Part shown: positions 54,563-64,000 of the stretch, piece by piece
Numbering within the stretch: position 1 is the first letter of the stretch
Layout: each line of letters begins with the position of its first letter
Source: Armatimonadota bacterium
Lineage (GTDB): Bacteria; Armatimonadota; HRBIN16
Assembly: GCA_963677485.1 (NCBI GenBank)
Contig: OY781964.1
Coordinates: forward strand, 160,001-224,000
DNA length: 64,000 bases
Reading direction: 5' to 3'
Program-made: the position numbers and the translations under genes
Notes under the pieces: generated by a model
Seen by the model: only the letters and a program-made list of their open reading frames with translations
Databases searched by the model: none
What the model was told of the DNA's origin: nothing

Positions 54563-56210
54563 GCGGCTTAGCCGCAACCAAAAAAGGAATGATTGCATTC
54601 GCCACGTAATATACATTCAAACACCCTTTCGTGAGGTTGCCCAGAATGACATCACTTCAAGAACGCTATGCAAAGCAGATAGCTGGGGTATATTCATGCT
54701 TCGACCGCATAGTTATCACCGGTACAATCCCAGGCTGGTGTCATAGCGACGGAATGGGCATCTATCTTCATCAACGCAACATCAGGCTATTTGACTTTCC
54801 TAAGGAATTTGCCGAACCTCTACGAGATGAGATCAAAGCCAATGCGGAACGCCTTGCCGTTACCAACAGCATTGAAATTGAGTATATACGCCGTGCCTCT
54901 TCATTTCGAAAAGAAGACCGCATCAAAGAGATCATTAGTAGTCGAGGGTGTCACCCCGGTCTCGTCCACATATTCTCAGTGTTGGAAAAATGTCCTGCAT
55001 ACACCCCGTGGCACGACAAGATTACCCACAAAACCCGGCTGAATATCAAGGAGACCAAGTGTCTTCATTACTACTTCTATTTCATCGATGCAGAGTTTGG
55101 ACTGTGCTATCTACGAGTTCCGACCTGGGTGCCCTTCCGTCTGCAATTCTATTGTAATGGACACAATTATCTCGCGCATTGCCTTCAATCCGAGGGAGTA
55201 GTTTTCACTCCACTGGACAACGCCTTTGTAAAAATCGACGACTTTAGCTGTGCTCAGAGGCTGGCAGACGCTTTTCCTGCTGATAAGCTGCACCATGCGC
55301 TGGATGCATTTGCCAGAATGTATTGCCCCGTGATACGGCTTGCTGACAATTCATATCATTGGTCGCTAATGCAGGTGGAATATGCTACAGACATCGTGTT
55401 CAAACGCGCCGAAGACCTCAAAGCCATCTACGATAATCTAGTCAAAACAGCGATACATACGGTAACGCCAGAGTCTATCGCGATGTTTCTTGGTAAGAAA
55501 CTTGATGGGCGAACACTCGCTGAGATCGGCACTGACTACAAGTTCGATCGCCGCATACAAGGCACGCGCATCAAACACTACATGGGATGGGCTTCTATCA
55601 AAATGTATGACAAGCAAGGGATAATCTTGCGTATCGAGACGACTGTGAATGACGTCTCTGAATTTAAACACTACCGTGAGGTAGAACATCATGATGGGAC
55701 GACTGAGATTAAATACGCCCCTATGCAAAAGACCATCTACAGCCTTCCTCCATTGAGGGAACTGTTATTATCTGCAAACAACAGATATCTTGACTTTCTT
55801 TCCGCCCTTGATGACAACAGCGATGGTGAACATCAGATCATCAAAATCGCGACCTCGACCACCCGTGATCATCGCTCGTATCGAGGATTCAACCTTTTCC
55901 TCAAGAAGGATTTGGAATGTCTCATTGCACTTGCTCGCGGAGAGGGATGCATCAGCGGGATCACAAACCGTATGCTTCAAAAAGCCTTACCGCAGATGTC
56001 CAGCTCTCAGATATCATACTTCATCAAGCGATGCCGAGTATTCCGGCTCGTTAAAAAATGCGGTAAACGCTACAAATACTACCTCACTGCACTTGGCAAG
56101 CGTATCATCATGGCAGCACTTGCTATTCGCCAGATCGTTGTGCCTAACGCTTTGTGTGGTGCGTAATATCAGAATATTCTATACACCGTGTTCAAAATAT
56201 GGTTGGTAAG
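54563..56210 (+). mobile_element. Putative atypical insertion element (ends tentative)
   Basis: Single lower-GC ORF; left-end hairpin gcggc-tta-gccgc; imperfect inverted ends; sits immediately upstream of the RBS of the GH gene. Confidence 0.5.
54646..56166 (+). CDS. Putative transposase with Rep_trans-like motifs and a C-terminal winged HTH (MarR-like)
   Basis: FDRIVITG, HYYFYFID, NGH, QVEYATD, IKMYDK, LRIETT; C-terminal Y.LT.LG wing. Confidence 0.6.
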   Translation: MTSLQERYAKQIAGVYSCFDRIVITGTIPGWCHSDGMGIYLHQRNIRLFDFPKEFAEPLRDEIKANAERLAVTNSIEIEYIRRASSFRKEDRIKEIISSRGCHPGLVHIFSVLEKCPAYTPWHDKITHKTRLNIKETKCLHYYFYFIDAEFGLCYLRVPTWVPFRLQFYCNGHNYLAHCLQSEGVVFTPLDNAFVKIDDFSCAQRLADAFPADKLHHALDAFARMYCPVIRLADNSYHWSLMQVEYATDIVFKRAEDLKAIYDNLVKTAIHTVTPESIAMFLGKKLDGRTLAEIGTDYKFDRRIQGTRIKHYMGWASIKMYDKQGIILRIETTVNDVSEFKHYREVEHHDGTTEIKYAPMQKTIYSLPPLRELLLSANNRYLDFLSALDDNSDGEHQIIKIATSTTRDHRSYRGFNLFLKKDLECLIALARGEGCISGITNRMLQKALPQMSSSQISYFIKRCRVFRLVKKCGKRYKYYLTALGKRIIMAALAIRQIVVPNALCGA

Positions 56211-56426
56211 ATACTAATCAGCTACCGGCTTCATACTAATCCGTGTTATCTCGGCTCGCTATAGTTGGAGTTTACACGAAGATTGTACCCTTATCCATTA
56301 GCTAAAGATCATCAAGTAGCTCCGTTGAACAGACAGACTGAGCTGCACTTGACGGGGTATGTAAAGCTATGCTACAGTGACGTATCACAACACACCGCAA
56401 TATGGTTAAATATGAGGAATCGTTCG

Positions 56427-57557
56427 ATGAAAACAGCGTCAAGTATCCTGTTGGTATTAGCCTGTGTACTCCACGCGCCTTCGGTTTACCCGCAGTCGCA
56501 GCCAGTCACCTCGCAGCCAGGTAAAGTGGTTGTGCCCACGGTCTACGATGAAGTCTATGATATCAATGATGGTATAGCACTGGTGGAACGTAATAAGCTT
56601 TGGGGCTATGTGGACAAAACCGGGCTTGAAGCGATCCCATGCAAATACGAAAGCTATTTCCCTACCGAAGGCATTGCCGAAGGGTTGGCCTGTCTGGCTG
56701 AAGACACCTGGTTTGGCTTCTTGAATAAGTCAGGGCAGCAGGTCATCCCGTTTAAATATGATGAAGCCTGGCCTTTCAAAGACGGATATGCGATGGTAAA
56801 ACTCGATGACAAATGCGGGTTTATCAACAAGCAAGGCCGCGTCGTCGTTCCACTGAAGTATGAGCTGGTTTTCCCATTTTCTGCTGGCATGGCCGCCGTC
56901 ATGGCGAACAAACAGTGGGGCTTTGTGGGCACAAATGGCAGTGAGATCATCCCATTGAAATATGAAGAGGCCGATTCGTTCTGCGAAGGTCTAGCAGCGG
57001 TCAAGCTGAACAAGCTCTGGGGTTTCATTGATCTCAAGGCGCGTGAAGTCATCCCGTGTCAATATGACCTGGTGGAGTCGTTCAAAGAGGGTATGGCCGG
57101 TGTGGAGACCAACGGGAAGCTGGGGTTTGTGAACCCCTCTGGAGCGGTGGTCGTTCCGATGAAATACACCTATACATACCCATGTGGGCGCTTCTCGGAA
57201 GGCATGGCGGTCGTCTGCCTCGACAAGAAATGGGGATTCGTCGACAAAAAGGGGCGAGAACTGGTTCCGTTGAAATACACTGGTGCTGATGACTATCATG
57301 AGGGTTTGGCGAAAGTGCAGCTTGCGGGCAAATGGGGATTTATCAACAAAGCCGGAGCCCCAGTGATTCCGCTGCGGTATGACAAAGCAAACTCCTTCAG
57401 CGAAGGGCTGGCCGGCATCAAGCGCGACGGCAAATGGGGTTACATCGACAAAACCGGCCGTGAAGTCATCCCACCCACCTACGATGAAGCACTCGGCTTC
57501 CACGGCGGCTTGGCCGGTGTGAAGTTGAACGGTAAGTGGGGATTTATCAGCAAGTAA
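56427..57557 (+). CDS. Secreted WG-repeat (WG_beta_rep) protein
   Basis: About 10 repeats of F.EG.A.V....KWGF.DK.G..VIP..Y; signal peptide; TTGACG...TACAGT promoter-like sequence upstream. Confidence 0.92.
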   Translation: MKTASSILLVLACVLHAPSVYPQSQPVTSQPGKVVVPTVYDEVYDINDGIALVERNKLWGYVDKTGLEAIPCKYESYFPTEGIAEGLACLAEDTWFGFLNKSGQQVIPFKYDEAWPFKDGYAMVKLDDKCGFINKQGRVVVPLKYELVFPFSAGMAAVMANKQWGFVGTNGSEIIPLKYEEADSFCEGLAAVKLNKLWGFIDLKAREVIPCQYDLVESFKEGMAGVETNGKLGFVNPSGAVVVPMKYTYTYPCGRFSEGMAVVCLDKKWGFVDKKGRELVPLKYTGADDYHEGLAKVQLAGKWGFINKAGAPVIPLRYDKANSFSEGLAGIKRDGKWGYIDKTGREVIPPTYDEALGFHGGLAGVKLNGKWGFISK

Positions 57558-57570
57558 CCGATGGTATCAC

Positions 57571-57599
57571 CTGGCACGGCAGCTCAGGCTCCGTGCCAG
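57571..57599. repeat. Hairpin between convergent genes (REP-like or terminator)
   Basis: ctggcacgg...ccgtgccag; core matches the module at 30030-30046. Confidence 0.55.
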
Positions 57600-57629
57600 A
57601 TTTAGACCATATGTAGCCGCTCACTGAGA

Positions 57630-58838
57630 TTAAGGCTTCATCCCTATGCAACACGACATATCAATACCGCGAAGGCCAGTGTCGACCAGTATACGCGACG
57701 CCTGTGCTGCATCGAGCGGTTGAAGCCAACACTTTTGCCATTCGGTATCAAACCCCTGCGATGTGCAGCTTTGGCTTTCAATAAGTAGGGCAGGTTGACC
57801 AGGCACCCAACCGAAGAGTGAATGCGTGTTGTCTTCGCCTGGCGAATTACCGAGTGTGGTTTCCCATTTTGTGACGAACCTGGTTGCAGCCGTCTGTGCA
57901 TCTGTCACCCAGAGTTTTTCAACTACCTCGGCATAGACACCACTCGATGTGGTCGTGTACAACACTGCAAGCCGGCGGCCATCGGCCGAAAAGGTCATCT
58001 CCCCAGAGGGCAGCCCCTCGGCAACCGGAATCGCCAGTTGGTGCAAGATACGCCCTGTAGAATTCACAATACAAAACCCGCGCTTGTCCCCGATGGCTAT
58101 CTGCTTTCCATTCGGGCATATCGCCGCTGTGAAGACATAGCCAGGGTGCGTAAACGAGTTTTTGGCTTTGCCGTTCAATGATAGTATTGTGAGACGAGAG
58201 GTTGAATCTTTGGGCTGATTCACCACAAGAATGCCGGTGGAGTCCATACACCATCGGGCTAGTGTGAAATTTGGGATACTAGATATCTTACGTATTTTAC
58301 CGGTTGCTGCGTCATATACTTTTATAGACGTATTTCCCGTATCATAATTCGCGACGCACAGAAGCAACAACCTTCCTCTCGGTGACCATGCCGTCGAGTC
58401 GATGCTTTCATGCTCGGTTGCGGAGTATATCTTCTTTAAAGACCCGTCTGCCCGTGTCCATAACCAGTAGCCACCTTTGAATTGGTCTGTGACATTCTCA
58501 TCATTAATCGTCGTATAACCACTGCCCAGTTCGATATGAGTGGCTCCGGTTTTGGCGTCTTCGATAGTGACGCCATCGCTTTCCTGCAAAAGCAATAGAT
58601 TCCCGTCTGCGGAAGGCAGCACGTGCTCTATTCGCCCTCCGAAACCCTTCGGAAGTATGGTATGGGATATCAGCAGCTTCGCTTCACCGCCAGACAGCTT
58701 CTGTTCAAAAACATCAGCAGGGGTATCAGTGGAATCTCCACACACCTTTACATAAAACACGCTGCCTGGTATGTTCGCGGCAGAAACCCCGTTCGCAGCG
58801 AACAAAGAGAGCAACATCAGACACAGTAAACGGCGCAT
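57630..58838 (-). CDS. Secreted beta-propeller-like hypothetical protein
   Basis: Signal peptide; WSPRG, CPNGK, FSADG blade motifs. Confidence 0.65.
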   Translation of the reverse strand: MRRLLCLMLLSLFAANGVSAANIPGSVFYVKVCGDSTDTPADVFEQKLSGGEAKLLISHTILPKGFGGRIEHVLPSADGNLLLLQESDGVTIEDAKTGATHIELGSGYTTINDENVTDQFKGGYWLWTRADGSLKKIYSATEHESIDSTAWSPRGRLLLLCVANYDTGNTSIKVYDAATGKIRKISSIPNFTLARWCMDSTGILVVNQPKDSTSRLTILSLNGKAKNSFTHPGYVFTAAICPNGKQIAIGDKRGFCIVNSTGRILHQLAIPVAEGLPSGEMTFSADGRRLAVLYTTTSSGVYAEVVEKLWVTDAQTAATRFVTKWETTLGNSPGEDNTHSLFGWVPGQPALLIESQSCTSQGFDTEWQKCWLQPLDAAQASRILVDTGLRGIDMSCCIGMKP

Positions 58839-59044
58839 CGTGACACCTCGTTATTGGGTTATTGGCGGAATTCTTCGTTATGATCGTTCAATCTTGCCTG
58901 ATTTAAGAGTATCCAAGATGCCATCAAGAATCGAGCCACACCGTGATCTGATCGAAAATCGGACATGGTGGGTATGATGAACTGTCTGAAGACTGAGTTT
59001 GAAGTCCCGATGATATCACCATGCTCGATGCGCCACACTCTGAC

Positions 59045-62000
59045 CTATTCTACCATCACCTGGTAATAGACATTCCCTTGACCACCGGAGTTCAATGCTC
59101 CCGAGAACTGCCACTGTATAGCACCTGTATCACCAACGGGAGGGGCAACTATAATACAACCGGACAGCGACAATGGCAGCGGGTCATATGATGCGGAATA
59201 GTAGCTGGTATAGTTCGGTGTATAGTCATTGATTAACAGATTGGAAAGACTAGTCAAACTCGTATTATTATACTTGATGGTATACGTGATGATATCACCT
59301 GATGCAGCGCTTATACGATCCACGCTCTTCAGTAGCGATAACCCACTATCTTTGGCCACGGTCGTCGTGTCTGTATGTGTATATCTCACCTGTAAAGATG
59401 GGTCCGCATTAACATATGTAAATGAGGCTAGTACTGTAAGCTGGTGTTGTGCATTCATAGGCGCATTAGCAGGCACATACACCCGTATGAGTATCGGCAC
59501 CACCTGTTCACCGCCTGTAAGCGTCAAAGCACCCGTGATTAGTGGGTCGCCTGTATCGATCACTCCGTTATTGTTTAAATCAAGGTAAATCGCTTCACTC
59601 CATTGAATAGACGCCGGTATAGCCGTGTGGTTAAGTGTGAATGTTAAGTAACCAGCCGTGTAAGCAACATATGTGTGACTATATGTGACTACACTTCCGG
59701 GCATTGTGGTCTGCGATCCATCCGTTGTGAATAAGTTGGTACCGACATCCCCGAAATTCAAGTTTGTATATTGAATCAGAGGGTTATTCGTGAAGGTGAG
59801 AGAATCTGTTGTCCGATCATAGCTGCCGCATGAGTTTCCAACATATCCACCTGTTGAAATGAACCCACTCAAGTTTTTCTCTGTGATAATCAACTGGGTC
59901 TGGCCAACTGTATATGGTACCCACAGTATGTAGCGCCCATCACTGGCGGTCACGTAAGTGTCCAGAACCGCTCCTCCCGAATCTCCCACTTTCACCGTAA
60001 TGCTAGATAAGCCGGTCTCACCACCATTCATCATGCCATCATTCGCAACACCCCCACCGGTCCCGTTATCGGTAAACACATATCCTGTCACTGTGTTGCC
60101 ATGGAACATCCCAAAGTTCTGGTTGACGACATTTTGCCCGGACATTGTGACGCCTGTCCGTATCTGGTTTGCCGTCTCAGTGCCTATCCATCCTGACGGT
60201 AGATAAGGGATCGTATCTGTAATAGTAGTATTATCATCGGTGATGATAGAGTAAACCCCAGTGGCTACTCCTGTGAATTTGAACCCGCCTGTTGCCGGAT
60301 CCACACTAACGGCATCAACAACAGTGCCTGATGATGATATTAGTTTGGCTTTCAGTGTTGAAACCGCAGTTCCCGTTTCATTTGAATCTTTATACGAATT
60401 ATGATTCACATCCTGGTAGACGAATCCAGAAATATCACTACCGGCTGTACCAATAGTATCTGTATCAATGGCAGTGTTGTTTTCCAAATCTGGGTCCGTA
60501 ATACCGTTTATAGCAGTCACAGTAACAGAATTGACCAAACTGCCGCTGGCGGCCAGGTCAACAGTTCCAGTGATCGTAAGAGTCACTGTTTGACCGGCAA
60601 GAAGGACCAAGCCGTTCCACGTACCGTTGCTTTCGTTGTATACACCGTTGGATGGTTTATACGTAGTGACCAGAAGGGACTTCGGAAAAGTCTCGACCAC
60701 AGTCAGACTGTTTACTGCACTCGAACCCAGGTTTTTGACACTGATGACATATATGATGGTGTCGCCTGGCATTGCTGAGGTTCTACCGTCCGTCTTTGTC
60801 ACTTCTAAATCAGCTTGGGGAACCAGGGTATCCGTATCAGATGACGTATTGTTATTAGCATTTGTATCTTGAATACCAGGGGACGGACTAACAACCGCCG
60901 ACACGGTCACAGGGTTGATTTCGGAGGCTCCAATGACACCATTTATCGTCAGGATGATGCTTTGACCTGAACTCAAGAGCAATCCGGTCCAGTTGCCTGT
61001 GGCAGCATCATAAGTACCGCTGCTGGCACTATATGTGACACTAGTAAATGATGAAGGTATGGTTGGTGACACAATGCAGCTGATCACTGCATCAGGTCCA
61101 TTATTGGTCACCGTGACAGTGTAGCTGTTCGCTGCTCCAGGAATGGCCGTGGTCTTCCCGTCAGTAATACCAATAGTCAAGTCTGCTTGAACTGGAGGGT
61201 TAGTGACGATGGCGTTAATCGACGGGGCTGGGCTGCCGCTGCCATCAGGGTCAACCACTGCTGTGTTTGTGATAATCAATGGCGGATTTGCACCAATAAG
61301 GACATTGAACGTCACAACGGCTTGCTCACCTATATTAATCTGGCCAGCCGCCCTGCCTGTGCTATAAACCTTAGTCTCAATGGTATAAGGCATCTTTCCA
61401 CTAACATCGGCAACAGCAACACCATTAAGTTTCGTACTTCCAGCAACATAACTGGTTCCGGTGGGAATCTGATCAATAACCGTGGTTCCGGCACTGTTCA
61501 CCGTTCCTGTGTTCTGAACGGTTATGGTGTATGTGACCACACTACCTGAAGTCACCCTACTTGGAGGGTTGGCTGTTTTCTGCGCCTGTATCCTCGGTGT
61601 ACCCGTCACTACTGCGTTTGTTGTGACAGAGCCACTGTTGAGAGGTAACTGTGGACAGCTCTGATAGCTATATGTCCACGTTCCGCTGTTGCTATACTGA
61701 GCGGTTGATGGCTGCACCGGAATTGAGTTTACGCGGAGTTTGAGCGTCACCGTCACCAGTGAACCTGCGGCGACCGTGCCAATCGGAACTCCTACTGTGG
61801 GATCTGCAGATGGTTGAGCTACACCGTTGATGGTAAATGATCCCGCGATAAATGAAGTGCCTGTTGGTGGAGCATCTGTAAACACCACACTGGTGGCGTC
61901 AGCCGTACCTAAGGTATTGTCCAGCTTAATCGTGTAGGTCAGCGTATCACCGATATAGGTCGAAGTTTTATCTACTGTTGTGACGGTTGCCGGGAATGCA

Positions 62001-63100
62001 GGGGCTCCGACGTCAATCTGCAGCCCTACAGAATTTATAATGTAACGATCACCCGTAGTAGTTCCTTTAGCATATGCTGTACTCATTCCGTTCAACATCC
62101 GCGCCGAAACATCTACGTTCGTGATATCCCAGCCTTGACGACCACCACTGGTGGCACCTCCGGGAGTATGGTTGGTGGTGCCAAATGATCCTGTTGTATC
62201 GCGCGTGCCATCGTCCTTGTTAATCTGAGAACAAAAAAAGTTAGTCAACGGGTTATTGGGTCCTGATACTGCCCCCGTCGTGGTAGCTGTTGGCCCAAAC
62301 TGCATTTGGTCACCAGTGATATTACTATCACCCTCTAGTGCACTTACCATCATCCGAGCATGTATGGCACCAACTTGGGGCGTACAGAAACCGGTCACTG
62401 ACGAAGTCGGACTTGCCGATGAGTTCGTCAACTCGCCTCCTACGAATACAGTCATGTTACGCGCAGGCAGTGTTGAGTTTCCATACACTACCGCTAGAGT
62501 CCATCCTCCAGCATTCGCACTATTTTCAGACGAAATTGTTGTAGCAGGCACTTTTCCAGTAACATAGACTCCAGCTCCTGCACTCTTCACCAAGTTAGTT
62601 ACGTCTGCCGAACGTACATAATAGTAGTCGCCAGTTAACGTGGTCGCACTCGCTGGATCAGGGCTGACGGTATATGTACCAAGTGGTGTTATGAACGAGA
62701 TTGCATTATTTATGCTTGTAGTGAGGTTTTGCGTGCCATACCGGTAACTGCCTCCCCAGATAAGTTCCGCATACAAAACAGTGCTATTGGCCGGAATGAC
62801 AAGGCTGGCCTTTGAAAAGTCTTTAGTCCAGTCTAGTGTTGTGCCTACAGGATAGGTTCCAACCTTAAGTGTTGTATCGGTTGTAATCAAAGCACCAATA
62901 GATCCATTGGTGCCTGGGTTGTTGGAACCGGTTGCCTTCGCTAATCCCAGGGTATTGCCAGTAAATGTCATGGCACCATTAGCGATTGTAGTAAAGCGCT
63001 TGATATAGACAGCATGTACTGGAATAATGACCACAAGCAGCCATGATAACACCAACGCCAGGTATAACCCAGGCCGGAATTGTCGATTGCGAGTGTTCAT
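59045..63100 (-). CDS. Large secreted DUF11-repeat / SdrD-B-like surface protein (adhesin-like)
   Basis: Signal peptide; repeated GD.LTYTI...N.G, ADL..TKTD, ISGFVYQDVN..; Thr/Ser/Val-rich. Confidence 0.85.
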   Translation of the reverse strand: MNTRNRQFRPGLYLALVLSWLLVVIIPVHAVYIKRFTTIANGAMTFTGNTLGLAKATGSNNPGTNGSIGALITTDTTLKVGTYPVGTTLDWTKDFSKASLVIPANSTVLYAELIWGGSYRYGTQNLTTSINNAISFITPLGTYTVSPDPASATTLTGDYYYVRSADVTNLVKSAGAGVYVTGKVPATTISSENSANAGGWTLAVVYGNSTLPARNMTVFVGGELTNSSASPTSSVTGFCTPQVGAIHARMMVSALEGDSNITGDQMQFGPTATTTGAVSGPNNPLTNFFCSQINKDDGTRDTTGSFGTTNHTPGGATSGGRQGWDITNVDVSARMLNGMSTAYAKGTTTGDRYIINSVGLQIDVGAPAFPATVTTVDKTSTYIGDTLTYTIKLDNTLGTADATSVVFTDAPPTGTSFIAGSFTINGVAQPSADPTVGVPIGTVAAGSLVTVTLKLRVNSIPVQPSTAQYSNSGTWTYSYQSCPQLPLNSGSVTTNAVVTGTPRIQAQKTANPPSRVTSGSVVTYTITVQNTGTVNSAGTTVIDQIPTGTSYVAGSTKLNGVAVADVSGKMPYTIETKVYSTGRAAGQINIGEQAVVTFNVLIGANPPLIITNTAVVDPDGSGSPAPSINAIVTNPPVQADLTIGITDGKTTAIPGAANSYTVTVTNNGPDAVISCIVSPTIPSSFTSVTYSASSGTYDAATGNWTGLLLSSGQSIILTINGVIGASEINPVTVSAVVSPSPGIQDTNANNNTSSDTDTLVPQADLEVTKTDGRTSAMPGDTIIYVISVKNLGSSAVNSLTVVETFPKSLLVTTYKPSNGVYNESNGTWNGLVLLAGQTVTLTITGTVDLAASGSLVNSVTVTAINGITDPDLENNTAIDTDTIGTAGSDISGFVYQDVNHNSYKDSNETGTAVSTLKAKLISSSGTVVDAVSVDPATGGFKFTGVATGVYSIITDDNTTITDTIPYLPSGWIGTETANQIRTGVTMSGQNVVNQNFGMFHGNTVTGYVFTDNGTGGGVANDGMMNGGETGLSSITVKVGDSGGAVLDTYVTASDGRYILWVPYTVGQTQLIITEKNLSGFISTGGYVGNSCGSYDRTTDSLTFTNNPLIQYTNLNFGDVGTNLFTTDGSQTTMPGSVVTYSHTYVAYTAGYLTFTLNHTAIPASIQWSEAIYLDLNNNGVIDTGDPLITGALTLTGGEQVVPILIRVYVPANAPMNAQHQLTVLASFTYVNADPSLQVRYTHTDTTTVAKDSGLSLLKSVDRISAASGDIITYTIKYNNTSLTSLSNLLINDYTPNYTSYYSASYDPLPLSLSGCIIVAPPVGDTGAIQWQFSGALNSGGQGNVYYQVMVE

Positions 63101-63172
63101 TGTTGTGCAGTTCCTTCAGTCGTCTGTATGGTCAGGTGTTCAGATATCCTTACATATTGATAAGGTTCAGTA

Positions 63173-64000
63173 TCAGTGCGCCGCGGGTGTTTCAACACTC
63201 GAACCAGCCTTCGCAGGTGTCTGCACCCCCATGATCGACTCATCGAATTTGAACCTCAGGCGCACATACGGACCCTTGCCTGTGTAGTTCCCATCAACCA
63301 GCAGATCATCGTCAAAGCCCGAAAAGTTATAACCTGCACTCAGCCAAAGATTGCGGTGCAGCATGAAACCACCTTCAATCCCGATGGAGTTCATATCGCC
63401 ACCAAGCGAATCGTTCCAGTAGTTACTCGAGATGAATGACAGCTGAGTGCGAGGCGTCAGGTTGAGACTAAACCGCTGCTGCAGCAGCATCGCCTTGGTT
63501 GTTGTGCTTAACGGTCCAAGTGTATTGTCCGAAATCCTCATCGCGAGATGCGTACCGCTCTCGATACATCGCGAGGGTTGGTAGTTGATATCCGTAGAGA
63601 TGATGTGGGATCGTTCAGTCCCACCATCTGGTCTGTCAGGGGCACTATCATAGCGCAATTCGTATTTTGCTAACCCATTCCATCGATCACGGCTAGACTC
63701 ACGGTAAGCCACACCCATCATCAACCGAGCTTGTGTCTGGGTGTCTACGTCCGACTTCGATATCTGAAGAATCGCTTTATCTAGTGCGGTCCAATCTTCC
63801 GATATCTTGACCGCAGTTCCTAAAGTGGTCAGCCAGCTTGTGTTCCCCGAATTGATCCGGTATTCAACACGGGCCGAACCCTTCCATTTCTCAGAGCCAG
63901 TGTACTCCACCGCACTCGTCACTGCAGTCGAAGAGCTCGTAGTCTTGCCGTCCACAGGCTCTATACGCTCTAAACTAGCGTTTATCCGCAATCCACGGTT
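63173..64000 (-). CDS. C-terminal part of a large outer-membrane beta-barrel protein (5' end outside the window)
   Basis: Alternating amphipathic strands; NLWLSAGYNFSGF.D and GPYVRLRFKFDE terminus; upstream of the DUF11 gene. Confidence 0.7.
   Translation of the reverse strand, partial: NRGLRINASLERIEPVDGKTTSSSTAVTSAVEYTGSEKWKGSARVEYRINSGNTSWLTTLGTAVKISEDWTALDKAILQISKSDVDTQTQARLMMGVAYRESSRDRWNGLAKYELRYDSAPDRPDGGTERSHIISTDINYQPSRCIESGTHLAMRISDNTLGPLSTTTKAMLLQQRFSLNLTPRTQLSFISSNYWNDSLGGDMNSIGIEGGFMLHRNLWLSAGYNFSGFDDDLLVDGNYTGKGPYVRLRFKFDESIMGVQTPAKAGSSVETPAAH

Noticed and set aside
54646-56166. MarR transcriptional regulator
   Set aside because: The winged HTH covers only the C-terminal part of a ~500-aa protein with enzyme-like motifs.

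Overview
Bacterial chromosomal window of moderate GC, probably from a diderm polysaccharide degrader. The 16S looks Armatimonadota-like to my reading, but that is unverified. Layout: (1) partial trpS, then a CAZyme-rich block (0.9-18.3 kb) with GH36, two tandem GH99/GH71-like paralogs, GH38, an SGNH hydrolase, two paralogous membrane proteins and GH127; (2) a housekeeping block (FAH family, M1P-guanylyltransferase/PMM fusion, coaX, glmM, grpE, hrcA, yjbQ, acyl-CoA ligase); (3) small metabolic genes and rnpB; (4) a complete minus-strand rrn operon (16S, tRNA-Ile, tRNA-Ala, 23S, 5S); (5) arsM, more CAZymes and secreted proteins, a transposase-like gene, and a DUF11 adhesin with an outer-membrane barrel. 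The best discovery candidates are: (a) a ~370-nt ORF-less, nested, G-U-biased structured element at 29.9-30.26 kb, whose internal 35-nt twin-hairpin module recurs (with a compensatory base change) next to two REPINs; (b) a lower-GC, ~500-aa gene with Rep_trans-like catalytic motifs and a winged HTH that looks like an atypical insertion element; (c) a secreted FGE-sulfatase/CLec protein with a Mind bomb-like SH3 repeat and a C-terminus resembling a DGR variable region. All calls were made by eye; no searches were run.
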